Below are positions 22,870 through 34,143 of a stretch of DNA of 64,000 bases, piece after piece. The translations under genes and the position numbers were made by a program. The stretch's first letter is position 1. Each line of letters opens with the position of its first letter. This DNA comes from Prasinococcaceae sp. CCMP 1430 (taxonomy: Eukaryota; Plantae; Prasinodermophyta), in the NCBI GenBank assembly GCA_013416795.1, contig RQSC01000525.1, forward strand, positions 2,812-66,811. The letters run 5' to 3'. A model generated the notes under the pieces. That model saw only the letters and a program-made list of their open reading frames with translations, made no database searches and was not told the DNA's origin.

Positions 22870-24822
22870 TCAGAAGTTGGGTTTGATCGCGCCGAACTCG
22901 GCCAGCAGGCTCAGCAGCAAGAAAATGCCGTAGAGCATGAACATGGCGTATCCAAGCCGCTTTCCCAGCATCCAATTGGAGGCCATGATGGACACCACGA
23001 CTGTCACGAGCATGATTAGCAAGAGTGTGAGGGAGAAGCCCAGCTGCCCCGACTCGACGCTGACGGCTCTCCCGCCGTCCACCGCCGAGCGAATGATCCA
23101 CGGCAGCGGCAGCCCCATCGTGACGTCGAAAATGTTGCTCCCGACGGAGCTGCTCACGGCCATGTCGCCCAGGCCCTGCTTGGCCACGATGATTGACGAA
23201 AAAAGGTCAGGAACGGACGTGCCCGCGGCCAGAAATGTGAGGCCCATCACAGCGTCGGGGACGCCCGCGGTCTCGCCTATCAGCGTCGCAAACCACACCA
23301 TGAAGTACGTGTAGACAGCGATCCATATGATGGACATGACGAAGCCCACGACGACGTACTTCCGGGACCCCTCGCGACGCACGTCGGGCACCGTGTAGTA
23401 CAGGCACGCGGTGATCGGTAGCGTGAGCGCGAACGACACGCGCTCTGCCGTGCTGTCGGGCCAGGTGAGCTCCAGCGGCTGCCCACCCTCGCCGTCGCTG
23501 CCGTCGCCCTCGCCTCCGTCGCCATCCCCGGCTCCGTCTCGGTCTCCGCCGCCAGCCCCCAACGCCTTGCTCCACCCCTCGCCACCGCCGCCATCGCTGC
23601 CGCCGCCGTTCTCCGCGTTGGACACCGGCGTAATTACCACCTCGCTTCCCTGCCCCTGCGCCTCGGCGCCACCCTTGCCTCCGTCGGCGCCTCCTCCGAG
23701 CTGCTCGCCGTCCGCCATGGCCATTGCCCGCAGCGACGGTTTGCCCCCACCATCCGCCACCTCCGCGCCTCCGTGCTCGCTGAGGCTCGTCCGTATTGCG
23801 ACCTCAGCCTGGTCGGCCACGTGCTTCGTCAGCGCCAGGTTGGCGGCAGCCTTGAAGCGGTTGAGGCCCCTGTTAGGGCCCTTGCTGTTGGCGCTCTGCC
23901 GAAACATCATCTGCCACGTCGACAAGCGGAGCTTGATCCTCGGCGGCGAGAACTCGATGAGGCCGTCGTCCTGGTAGAACTCGACGTCGGGCGTGCGGTC
24001 CGAGAACCTGCGCACGCGCCGCGCGACTTGCACGCCCGTGCGCCTCACCGCGCGGTGCCCTCCCGGCTGCGCACCCTCCGCCGCATCCCCTAGCCCCGCC
24101 TTGGCGTCGGAGTCGGCCGCGGCCACCGCGACTTTCGGCGGGGCGTCCGGCGCGGCCTCGCCCGGTGCGGCCTCGCCCGCTGCGGCCTCGCCCGCCTCCC
24201 TCGCCGGGGAGACCGCGCCGCTGTTTTGCCGCCTGTGGCGGAGCCACGCCATGACCCGCCCCTCGACGCGCTCGTTGACGCTCATGAAGCCCACGTACAC
24301 GCAGTACAGGGCGAGCATGACGCCCGCCTCCCACCAGTCGATCTTGCCGTCCTGAAAGAAGGCGAGCAGCACGACGAGGTCGACCGTGTAGAAGAGGCAG
24401 TCGCGGAAGAGCGGCCACCAGGTGAGCTTGAGCACCTCGCTGCTGAACACGGCGCACATGCCGATCACGAAGAGCACGTTGAACACCGCGCTGCCGATGA
24501 TCGTGCCGAAGCCGACGTTGGACTTGGCCACGAAGTTGCCCATGAAGCTGATGAAGAGCTCCGGGGCGGATCCGCCGGCCGCCATGAGCGTCGCGCCCGC
24601 CACGTCGTCCCGGAGGTCCAGGATCTCCGCGAGCAGCTCGAGCGTCGGCACGAAGAACTCGTCGCACACGATGGCGAGCGCCACGAACATGTAGAACATG
24701 CCGACGACGTGCAGCACGATGGCGCCGCGCCGGCGCTCCTCGGCGCTGAACGCGCCGTCCGGGAACTCGCTCCCGCCCGCGGGCGCCTCGCGCCCCCCCG
24801 GCGCGCCCACCTCCCCGCCGGC
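22870..24822 (-). CDS. K+-dependent Na+/Ca2+ exchanger (NCKX/SLC24-like, CaCA superfamily); 5' end unresolved
   Basis: GAIVLHVVGMFYMFVALAIVCDEFFVP; alpha-1 repeat AGATLMAAGGSAPELF..GTIIGSAVFN; alpha-2 repeat MGLTFLAAGTSVPDLFSS..GDMAVSSSVGSNIFD; large central loop. Confidence 0.9.
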   Translation of the reverse strand, partial: AGGEVGAPGGREAPAGGSEFPDGAFSAEERRRGAIVLHVVGMFYMFVALAIVCDEFFVPTLELLAEILDLRDDVAGATLMAAGGSAPELFISFMGNFVAKSNVGFGTIIGSAVFNVLFVIGMCAVFSSEVLKLTWWPLFRDCLFYTVDLVVLLAFFQDGKIDWWEAGVMLALYCVYVGFMSVNERVEGRVMAWLRHRRQNSGAVSPAREAGEAAAGEAAPGEAAPDAPPKVAVAAADSDAKAGLGDAAEGAQPGGHRAVRRTGVQVARRVRRFSDRTPDVEFYQDDGLIEFSPPRIKLRLSTWQMMFRQSANSKGPNRGLNRFKAAANLALTKHVADQAEVAIRTSLSEHGGAEVADGGGKPSLRAMAMADGEQLGGGADGGKGGAEAQGQGSEVVITPVSNAENGGGSDGGGGEGWSKALGAGGGDRDGAGDGDGGEGDGSDGEGGQPLELTWPDSTAERVSFALTLPITACLYYTVPDVRREGSRKYVVVGFVMSIIWIAVYTYFMVWFATLIGETAGVPDAVMGLTFLAAGTSVPDLFSSIIVAKQGLGDMAVSSSVGSNIFDVTMGLPLPWIIRSAVDGGRAVSVESGQLGFSLTLLLIMLVTVVVSIMASNWMLGKRLGYAMFMLYGIFLLLSLLAEFGAIKPNF

Positions 24823-24961
24823 CTACGCGCGCGTCCGCGTCCGCACACGGCCGGCAACGCGGCGCCGAGGAGAGCAGCGAGGCGGGCAGCGACGAGAGGC
24901 GGCGAGGGGGGGGGGTCGGTTGGGAGGCGTCAGCGCGACCGCGACGCGACGCGCCAAGATC

Positions 24962-24996
24962 AAACCCTAAATACAATCCCCAAACGCAAACCCTAA
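24962..24996 (+). promoter_or_regulatory. Two telo-box motifs (AAACCCTAA)
   Basis: Exact AAACCCTAA at 24962-24970 and 24988-24996, just 5' of NCKX. Confidence 0.55.
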
Positions 24997-25139
24997 CACA
25001 CTCGCCTCATTTCGCGAACGCCTCCGGGAAAGATCGGGCGCGTTCCGATGTTTTCTACCATGCGCGTTGGAAACACGGATTCGAATTCGGGCTGGAGCGC
25101 GAGCGCTTTTTTGTTTGTGGGTTTTCTGGCCGGGCGGCA

Positions 25140-25502
25140 TCGACGCGCCGCTTTGGGGTGCCGCCGTGCGCGCGTGCGCGTGTGTGCGCGCGTGCGTGTG
25201 TGTGTGCGTGTGTGTGTGTGTGTGCGTGCGTGCGTGTGTGTGTGTGTGTGTCTGCGTGCGTGTGTGTGCGTGCATGTGTGCGCACGCGCGCGTGTGTGTG
25301 TGTGCGATCGCGTGCGTGCGTTTGCGCGCGCGCGTGTACGCGCGCGGCGCGGCGGCCCGATCGCGCGCCACGGCTGGCCTCGTCGCGNNNNNNNNNNNNN
25401 NNNNNNNNNNNNNNNNNNNNNNNNNNNNNNNNNNNNNNNNNNNNNNNNNNNNNNNNNNNNNNNNNNNNNNNNNNNNNNNNNNNNNNNNNNNNNNNNNNNN
25501 NN

Positions 25503-25590
<88 letters not shown>

Positions 25591-26103
25591 CACAGTGTGT
25601 GCGTCTGTGCGCGCGCGCCTGCGCGCGTACGAGTACCGCCCCACCAGCCAGGCGGGCGGGACGTGCACCCGCGCCTGTGCTGTGCCCGCGCGCGTGCGTA
25701 TGCGCGCGCGCGTGCGAGCGTGCGCGTGCGAGCGTGCGCGTGCGAGCGTGCGTGTGTGTGCAGGTGTGTGTGTGCAGGTGTGTGTGTGCGGGCGTGTGTG
25801 TGCGGGTGCGTGTGTGTGTGTGCAGCTGTGTGTGTGCGGGTGCGTGTGTGTGTGTGTGCAGCTGTGTGTGTGTGCGTGTGCGGGTGTGTGTGTGTGCACA
25901 GGCCAGCTCGCTCGTCGCCAGCTGTGCGTACGAGCCCGCGACGAACACGCCATCCCATCGGCAGCAGCGCGAGCCTGACGCCACCCCTCAGACCCTATAC
26001 TTAACCTTAAATATCGCTGCACTATGGTACCCCTAACCACGCGCCCCGTTCCCCCGCGCGCGCGCGCCCGGCGGCGGCTTTCGAAATTCGCGCGCGAGTG
26101 TGC

Positions 26104-26142
<39 letters not shown>

Positions 26143-26146
26143 CGTG

Positions 26147-26200
<54 letters not shown>
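25140..26200. repeat. Mixed (TG)n/(CA)n microsatellite cluster with gap
   Basis: Direct reading; includes a long pure (CA)n at about 25503-25583 and (TG)n at about 26105-26200. Confidence 0.9.
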
Positions 26201-26202
<2 letters not shown>

Positions 26203-26287
26203 CGCGGGCGGAGCGGCCGCGGCCGCGGCGCGCTCCGCGGCGCACCTCGTCACGTCGCGCGCCATCGCCTCGTCGCTGAGGCTGCAG

Positions 26288-27318
26288 ATGGCGCTCTTCT
26301 TCCAGGTGAGGAGCGGCGAGCGCGAGCGTGCGCGTGTGCGTGCGCGTGCGCGTGTGCGTGCGCGTGTGCGTGCGCGTGTGCGTGCGCGTGTGCGTGTGTG
26401 TGCGCGCGTGTGTGTGTGTGCGCGCGCGTGTGTGTGCGTGCGTACTTGGTTTGGGGTGGGCGGGGCTGCCCCGTCTGTGCGCGTGTGCGTTCACGTGTCC
26501 GTGTGCACGTGTGCGCGCGCGTCACTCACACACCCACGGGCCGCGCGCACACACGCAGGTGCTGTACAGCGCCGCGTGGGGGGCGTGCGTCGCCGGCGGC
26601 ATCGCGTACAAGCACCCGTACCCCGCGTCGGGCTACGCGCAGGCGGCGGGCGTCCTCGTCGGCTGGGCGCTCTTCGAGCTGCTGCGGCTCTACTGCGGCT
26701 TCGCGGGGAACCTGCAGGAGAAGGTGCCCGTCCTCGTGGCATTCGTGCTGCTCACGGTCTTCCCGGTGCTGCCGCTGGTGGGGTACTTCCACCTCGCCGC
26801 CACGGGGTCCAACGCCCCCACGCCCCTGGATAAGGTGCGCGAGAGGCTGAGCACGAGCGCGTGCGCGCGCGCACACACACGCACACGCACGAGCGCACGC
26901 ACTTTCGTACACAAATGCACACACACGTCCTCACTCACTCACTCACTCACACATACGTCTGACACACACACACGTCTGACACACACACACGCACACACAC
27001 ACACAAACACACGCACGCACGCACGCACGCGCGGCTGTGCATCCCGCAGGCGCTCTGCACGGTGTACTACGGCCTGCTGGCGCTCGAGCTGCTGCTCGGC
27101 GTGGTGGCCATCATCAAGGTGCGCGCGCTCCCGCGCTCGCACGTGCGCACACTCGCGCGCGCGCACCAAGGTCTAACGCACACGCGCGCATACACACACG
27201 TGCACGCGCGCACACACGCACAACACCGCAGGTGGCGCGTGCGCAGGCGGCGCAGTTCTACCTGCACGAGCACCGAGAGGCCGAGGCGCGCAAGGACGCA
27301 CAGGCGAAGCGGCTGTGA
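26288..27318 (+). CDS. TMEM17: TMEM17/TMEM216-family ciliary transition-zone membrane protein (4 or more exons; start may lie further upstream)
   Basis: SSLRLQMALFFQ|VLY..LRLYCGFAGNLQEKVPVLVAFVLLT..TPLDK|AL..|VARAQAAQFYLHE matches the recalled TMEM17 pattern SSLxLQM..RLYLGYxGNLQEKVPELAGF..LPLEKA. Confidence 0.85.
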
Positions 27319-27590
27319 GTGCCATCGCGCCAACACACACACACACAAACACTTACACACACAGACACGCACACACGCGCGCGCGCTCGTGTGTGCGTGT
27401 GGGCGAGCGCTGCGTGTCCGCGCGTGCGGGCGAGTACGCGAATCCGCCCACGTCATGGATGTCCAGTGTCACTCTCATCGACGCTCGCAGCGCGTGTGCA
27501 TGTATGCGTGTGTTTGCTTGTGTGTGCGAGCGCGTGCGCGCGATGAAGGCCAAAGTATTATTCTGCGCGAGAGCATGCGCGAGCTCACAT

Positions 27591-27624
<34 letters not shown>

Positions 27625-27652
27625 CCGCGCGCGAGTGAGTGCACCTGCGTGC

Positions 27653-28405
27653 CTACGCCTCCGCCTGCTCCGCGCTTGCCGCCTTGCGCTTGGCGTCCGC
27701 CTCCTCGTCGCCCATCGCGGCGTCGATCGCCGCGGCGTCCATCGGCGCGTCGGCGTCGCGCTCGAAGAGCATCACCGTCTCGCAGTGGCGCGTGTGCGGG
27801 AAGAGGTCGTGCGCCACCGCGCGGACGGGCTTGAAGGCGCGGGGCGCCGACGCGCCGGCGCCCGCCGCATCTGCGTGGGCGCGCGAGCCAGGTGCGTGCA
27901 TGTGTGTTGTGTGTGTGTGTTCGTGTGTGTGTGTCAGATGCGTGTGTCAGATGTGTGTGTGTGTGTGTGTGATCGCGCGCGTGCGTCCGCGTGGCTCGCG
28001 GTGTCTGCCAGCTGCTCTCTCTCACCTGGCGTGCAGAGCTCCACGGCGTTGTCCACGAGGCTCTCCACGTTGCAGCTGACGTACACGAGGCGCTCGATGC
28101 CGCCCGCGCGGCGCAGCGCGCGCAGCACGTCGGCGTGCAGGCCGCCGCGCGGCGGGTCGACGATGGCCACCGCGCGGTCGAAGCGCACGCCGGCGGCGGC
28201 GCCGCGCCCCCCGGCGCCCCCGCCCATGTACTTCCCCAGCGCCCTCCCGATGGTGCACTCCGCGCGCCCCGCCACGAACTCGGCGTTCTCGATGCCGTTC
28301 GCCCTGGCGTTGGCGCGGGCGTCCACCACCGCGCGCTCGTTGATCTCCAGGCCCACCACGAAGGCCGCGCGGCGCGCCACCGTCAACCCGATGGCGCCCT
28401 GAGTG

Positions 28406-28436
<31 letters not shown>

Positions 28437-29179
28437 CAGGTGGATGCGCGTGTGCACGGGTGCCAGTCAGAGGTGTATGCGTGCACGTGCACGTGTGTGT
28501 GCGTGACCGAGACATGCGTGTCAACGTACCGAGCCGCAGCACACGTCGAACACCAGCGTGCCGTCCTTGCCCTTCCCCTCGCCCTCCTCCTTGCCCTCCC
28601 CCTCGCCCTCGCCGAGCGCCCAGCGGGTGGCCTCCTCGTAGAGCTGCTGCGCGGCGTGCGTGTTCACCTGGGCGGCGTGTGCGCAAGTGTGTGTGTGTGT
28701 GTGTGCATGTGTTAGACGCGCGTGTCAGACGTGTGTGTCACATGCGTGCGCGTGCGTCGTAGAGCGGCCGCGCGGCGTGGGTGCTCCTACCTGGAAGAAG
28801 GCGGAGGGCGTCACCTCGAACTCGAGGCCGCACACCCTCTCGGTGATGCGCGGCACGCCGTCCGCGGCGCCGCCGCTCGTGACGCCCGGCAGCGCGAGCG
28901 GGACCATCTCGGCGCCCGCGGCGGGCACGTTGGAGCAGCCGTCGTTCCTCCACCACGCCGCGCACGCGAGCGGGATGGCGTGCGCGCGCGCCGCCTCCGC
29001 CAGCGCCTCCCCGAGCCTGACCAGCTCCGCCTCGAGCTCCGCCTCCTTGCCGAGCTCCTTGGCGCCCGCCGGCGACACCTGCATCACCGCCATCAGCTGC
29101 GTGCACACCACGCCGCCCGAGGCGTCCACAGGGGCGTGGCCGTGCGCCTCGCGGACCATCAGGTCCCGCCACACGCTTT

Positions 29180-29224
<45 letters not shown>

Positions 29225-29340
29225 TCAGGTGGATGCGCGCGTGTGCGCGCGCCAGGCAGAGGCGTACGTGTGCACGTTTGTGCCCGCGCACATGCGTGCA
29301 CGCGGGCGGGCGTTGAGTGAGACATGCGTGGGTGCGTACG

Positions 29341-29375
<35 letters not shown>

Positions 29376-29723
29376 ACACACACACACACACACACGCACG
29401 CACACACACACGCACACGCACGCACACACACACGCACACGCCCACCCGCGCGCCCGCGCGCCCTCACCCCTTGTTTCTCAGCCTGTCCCACACGGGCAGG
29501 CCGCTGGCGCGCACGAAGTCCTGCACGGCGGCGGCGACGAGCAGCGCGCTCTTGGGCACGTTGCGCGCGGCGTCGCCCGGCGCCACCGCCACGAGGCCGT
29601 CGCGGAAGGCGCCGATCTGAAAGCCCACGCACGGCAGGGCGTCCACGCCGAGGCCCACCGAGAACTCGAGCTTGTGTGTGGCGTGCGCGTGTGACGTGTG
29701 TGTGTGTGTGTGACGTGCGCGTG

Positions 29724-29764
<41 letters not shown>

Positions 29765-30232
29765 AGATACGGGTGTGTGTGCGTGTGTGTGCGTGTGTCG
29801 ACATGCGTGTGTGTGTGTGTGTGTGAGTGTGAACGCGTGTGTGTGCGTGTGTCGAGATGCGTGTGCGTGTGTGTGTGTGTGTGTGTACGCGTGTGTGCAC
29901 GCGTGTGCGATACGCGCGCGCGCGCGCGTGCGGCCCTGCGCGCACCTTGTTGCGGTAGCCGTCCACCACCGGCGAGGCGCGCGGCGGCAGCGGCGCCACC
30001 GCCATGCCGCCGCGGGACCGCGCGCTCGTCCACGCGGGGAAGAGCGTGCCGCGGCGCGAGCACTCGCGGCGCACGCGGCGCGTCAGGCGCTTCAGCTGCG
30101 CCTCCAGCGCGGCGCCTGCGCGCGTGAGCGCGCGTGCGTGTGAGCGCGTGTGTGCGTCAGATGCGTGTGCAGGTGTGTGCGTGCGTGTGTGTGTGTGTGT
30201 GTGTGTGCGACGTGTGTGTGTGTGTGTGTGAC

Positions 30233-30263
<31 letters not shown>

Positions 30264-30907
30264 ACACGCGCGAACACGCACCCTTGTTCGCCAGCTGGTC
30301 GGCGTAGTCCTCGCGCCACAGCGGCGTCACCGAGTCGCGCACGTCGCGCCCAGCGCAGCCGCGCGCCGCCTCCTCGGCGGAGGTGGCGTGCGCGGGGCCC
30401 GCGAAGCGGCGCTTGGCGGGCTGCAGCTCGAGGACGCGGTTGCGCACCTGTGTGTGTGTGTGTGTGTGTGTATGTGTGTGCATGTGTGTGTGTGTGTGTG
30501 TGCATGTGTGTGAGTGTGTGTGTTTGCGTGTATGTGTACGTGTCAGAGTGAGCGACAAAGCAAGTGCGTGCGTGTGTGTGTGCATGTGCGCGCGCGCGCG
30601 TGCGCGTGTGTGTGCGTGCGTGTGCGCTCGCGCCCACACGGACCTTCGCGCCCTCCAGCGCCTTCATGGCCGCCTCGCGCTGCTCGGCGGTGTCGAAGTG
30701 CACGAACGCCACCTTGTTCCCGCGCTGCTTCTTGGCCGACGCGAAGGCCACCTTGCGCGCGGCGAGCTCCTTGCGCACGTCCTTGCGAGGCGCGCGTGCG
30801 CGTGCGTATGCGTGCATGTGTGCGTGTGTGTGTGTGTGTACTCGTGTCAGAGTGAGCGAGAAAGAAAGTGTGTACGTGCGTGTGTGTGCGTACACTTTGG
30901 CGTACGT

Positions 30908-30972
<65 letters not shown>

Positions 30973-31100
30973 CACACACACACGCACGCACACGCACGCA
31001 CAGAGACACACGCACGCACCTTGTGGTTCCAGAAGGTGGGCAGGTTGCGCACGCACAGCGCGAGGTCCACGCACACGAGCGACGCCAGGCCCGGGCCCAT
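27653..31100 (-). CDS. TRM2: tRNA (uracil-5-)-methyltransferase TRM2/TRMT2A-like with N-terminal RRM (about 9-10 exons; may have further 5' exons)
   Basis: [23 protein letters not shown]; DGYRNK|LEFSVG; [11 protein letters not shown]|VNT; SAM motif VFDVCCGS|GAIGL; [26 protein letters not shown]; [11 protein letters not shown]; LVYVSCN; [12 protein letters not shown]. Confidence 0.92.
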
Positions 31101-31305
31101 CTCCGCGCGCGACGCGGGCGCGTCCGCGGCGGCCGCGGCGGAGGCCAGCGAAGGCGGGGCGGCGGCGGCGGCGCCCTCCGCGCCCGCATTCTCCTCCGCC
31201 TGCGTGCCTGCGGCCGCGCGAGTGTGTGTGTGAACGTGTGAACGTGTCAGAGTGTGAGCAAGAACGGACAGCGTGTGCGTGTGCGTGTGTGTGCACTCGC
31301 GCGTA

Positions 31306-31373
<68 letters not shown>

Positions 31374-31388
31374 GTACACACACACACA

Positions 31389-31717
31389 CGGGCGGCGCGG
31401 CGGACGGCCTGACGGGGGGCGCGCGCGGCGACGGGGCGGACGGCCTCACGAGCGCGCCGTGGGACCTCACCGCCCTCGCCAAGCCCTCCGCGTCGCAGCG
31501 CCGCACGTCGCTGCTCCGCTTCACCTGCGAGACGTGCGGCGCGCTCAACTTCCACATGGTCAACCCGCGCGCGTTCGCCAGCGGCACCATCTTCGCGCGG
31601 TGCTCCAGCTGTGGCATCACGCACACCGTCGTGGACCACCTCAACCTCGTGTGGACGGGCGAGGAGGAGGAAGAGGACGCCAAGGCGCCGCCCGCGGGCG
31701 CCGGCGACGCCGAGTGA
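31389..31717 (+). CDS. DNL-type zinc finger (Zim17/Hep/DNLZ-like) exon; start codon not found
   Basis: LLRFTCETCG...RAFASGTIFARCSSCGITHTVVDHLNL has the two CxxC pairs and spacing of zf-DNL; acidic tail; TGTAA at 31823-31827. Confidence 0.7.
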
Positions 31718-31919
31718 GCGCGCGCAAAGCTCAGCGAGCGCACGCCAGCCCCCCTCCCCTCTTGTGCCCGCCGCGCGCCCTGCGGCGCGGCGCGCTGGGG
31801 AAGGGGGCGCCGAGGGCGCATATGTAACCGACGCGAGAGCGGCTGTACCTGTACGCGCGCACCGACCGCCGGCGCGAACGCGCACGCGAGCTGGCACGCG
31901 CGCACGCACACACACACAC

Positions 31920-32023
<104 letters not shown>

Positions 32024-32544
32024 GCACACACGCACGCGCGCGCACACACACACACACACGCACACACACGCACACGCACGCACACGCACACACGCACACG
32101 CACACACACACGCACGCGCACGCGCGCATCGCCGCAGCCGCCGCAGCCCGCCCGCCCGCGGCGCTCCCCTTTTTTCTTCCCGCGGGCTTTTCGCGCGATT
32201 TTCCGCGCGTAAATGCGCATCAAAATCTTTTTTGTTTTGGGCCTGACGGGCGCGCCGCGCGCGCGCGCGCGCACCGGCGGCGAAATACCCGTGAAAAAAT
32301 CTTCCGTAAAACGTACTTTATAATTTTAAATGACTATTCATCCGCGCTCGAAATCGCGCTCTGCAGCGGTCGGAATTCCGCGCGGCGCCGGAAATCAAAA
32401 AGCGCGCCGAGGGCGCGCGCGCGCCGCGCGCCGCGCGCCCCCAGACCCTCAACCATTTTGATATCCTCAATTCCACGGATGCACCTTCTCGTAATCCACA
32501 CAAACCGCTCCCTTTCCAATCCCATATCACATACAAAAATAAAA

Positions 32545-33190
32545 TTACAATACTTGCGTAACTTCCTTTGCTGGATTGGATCGATTCGATGGATCATAAC
32601 AAGACGTATTCGACAGAGGAAATGCACACGAAGACACATGCGATTGGAGTTGCGAATTGGTTTTGACATGCGCGGCATCGGATCGCGCTTTTCTGCGCGC
32701 GCCACAGAGCGCGCGCGCCATAAAGCGCGCAGGCAGCACGCCGAGGTGGGGCGCCGAGGGCGGGGGGTGAGCGCGCGTCTGAGGAGGGGGAGGAGGAGAG
32801 CAAAGGGGGCCTCGTGCGAGGCGGGCGGTGGCCATGGCGTGCCTGGGCGCGCGCGCCGCGGCGGCCGCGTCGCTGCAGGACTGCACGCGCCGCTGGGCGG
32901 CGTGCACGCGCGCACGCTCGGTCTCCATCTGCTCGACCAACGTGTCCGCGCGCGCGCGCGCCGCCCCGACGAGCGCCTCCGCATCCTCGATGGCGCCTGG
33001 ATCCACGCCGATGCGCCGCGCGACCGCGAGGCCACGGCTGCGACCAGGCACCCCCCACAGCACGCGGTACGTCGGACGCTCGCCCGCCTCATCCCACTCC
33101 ATGCTGGCGTTCTCCGCCACCGTCTCGCCGAGGTCGTACTTGAGCGCCGTGAGTTCGCCGTGGTGCGTGGTCGCCACGCACATGCCGTAT
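32545..33190 (-). CDS. MUTS2: MutS2 C-terminal ATPase fragment (rest lost at gap N33191)
   Basis: CVATTHHGELTALKY..ENASMEWDE...PTYRVLWGVPGRSRGLAVARRIG is the MutS2 ATPase C-terminal signature, followed by a coiled segment. Confidence 0.8.
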
Positions 33191-33191
33191 N

Positions 33192-33946
33192 GCCCCGCGG
33201 CCGTGCGGCGGCGCCGCTACGGCACCACCGCGGAGAGCGACAGCGGCAGCGACAGCGGCGGCGAGGGGCCCGCGTCGGCGCGCGGCACCGTGGCGGAGGA
33301 GGTGCGCGCGGTGAAGCTGGCGGGCGCCAAGCGCCTCAGCGAGGCCAACCAGTACAGCCGCCACCTCAACCGCGAGCTGCAGAGCGCGCGCCGGGCGCTC
33401 GAGGACGACGCCAAGGCGCTGGCGTCGCTCGAGACGGAGATCCGCGCGCTGGCGGCGATGGGCACCGCGCTGAAGGCGTCGCTCGAGTCGGCGGCGCTCG
33501 CCGCCGGCGAGGGCGAGGCCACGGCGGACGCCGGGACCCCCGCGGCCCTCGACCACATGTCGACGCGCCTGCTCTCCGTGGCGGACAGGCTCGACAAGAG
33601 GCTCGAGGGGGCCGAGGCGATGCTCCCCCGCCCCGTGATCGTGCAGTACGAGGGCTGGGGGACGGAGGTGCGCGTGATGGGCTCCTTCGACAGCTGGACG
33701 CACGGCGAGCTGATGAGCAACCCCGAGCAGGACGCCGCGGACATCAAGTGCCTCTTCACGTGCGAGCTCATGCTGCGGCCGGGCACGTACGAGGTCAAGT
33801 TCCGCGTCGACGGCGAGTGGAGGGTCGCCGACGACATGCCCATGCACGGGGAGGGCGAAAACACCAACAACCTCCTGATCGTCGAGGCGGTGCCGCCGCC
33901 GAACGCGGACGCGTGGCGCACCAACGCGCCGCACGAGTACGCGTAG
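33192..33946 (+). CDS. Coiled-coil plus C-terminal CBM48 protein (PTST/FLO6-like starch-binding); 5' part lost at gap
   Basis: VRVMGSFDSWT..LMLRPGTYEVKFRVDGEWR..NTNNLLIV is an AMPK-beta-type CBM48, preceded by heptad-rich RELQSARRALEDDAKALASLETEIRAL. Confidence 0.8.
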
Positions 33947-34143
33947 GCGCAGGCGCGCAAGCGCAGGCGCGCGCACACACAAGTAGTTTCGCACACGCAC
34001 GCACATGCACGTGCACGCGCGATATTGCGCAGCATTGACAAGCCACGATGCCCATTTGTACCTTTTAAATGCAACCTCCATGGCACCGCTCGTCCGGGAG
34101 CGCGCCCCGTCCGCGAGCCCACGACACGACGGCGCGCGCGCGC

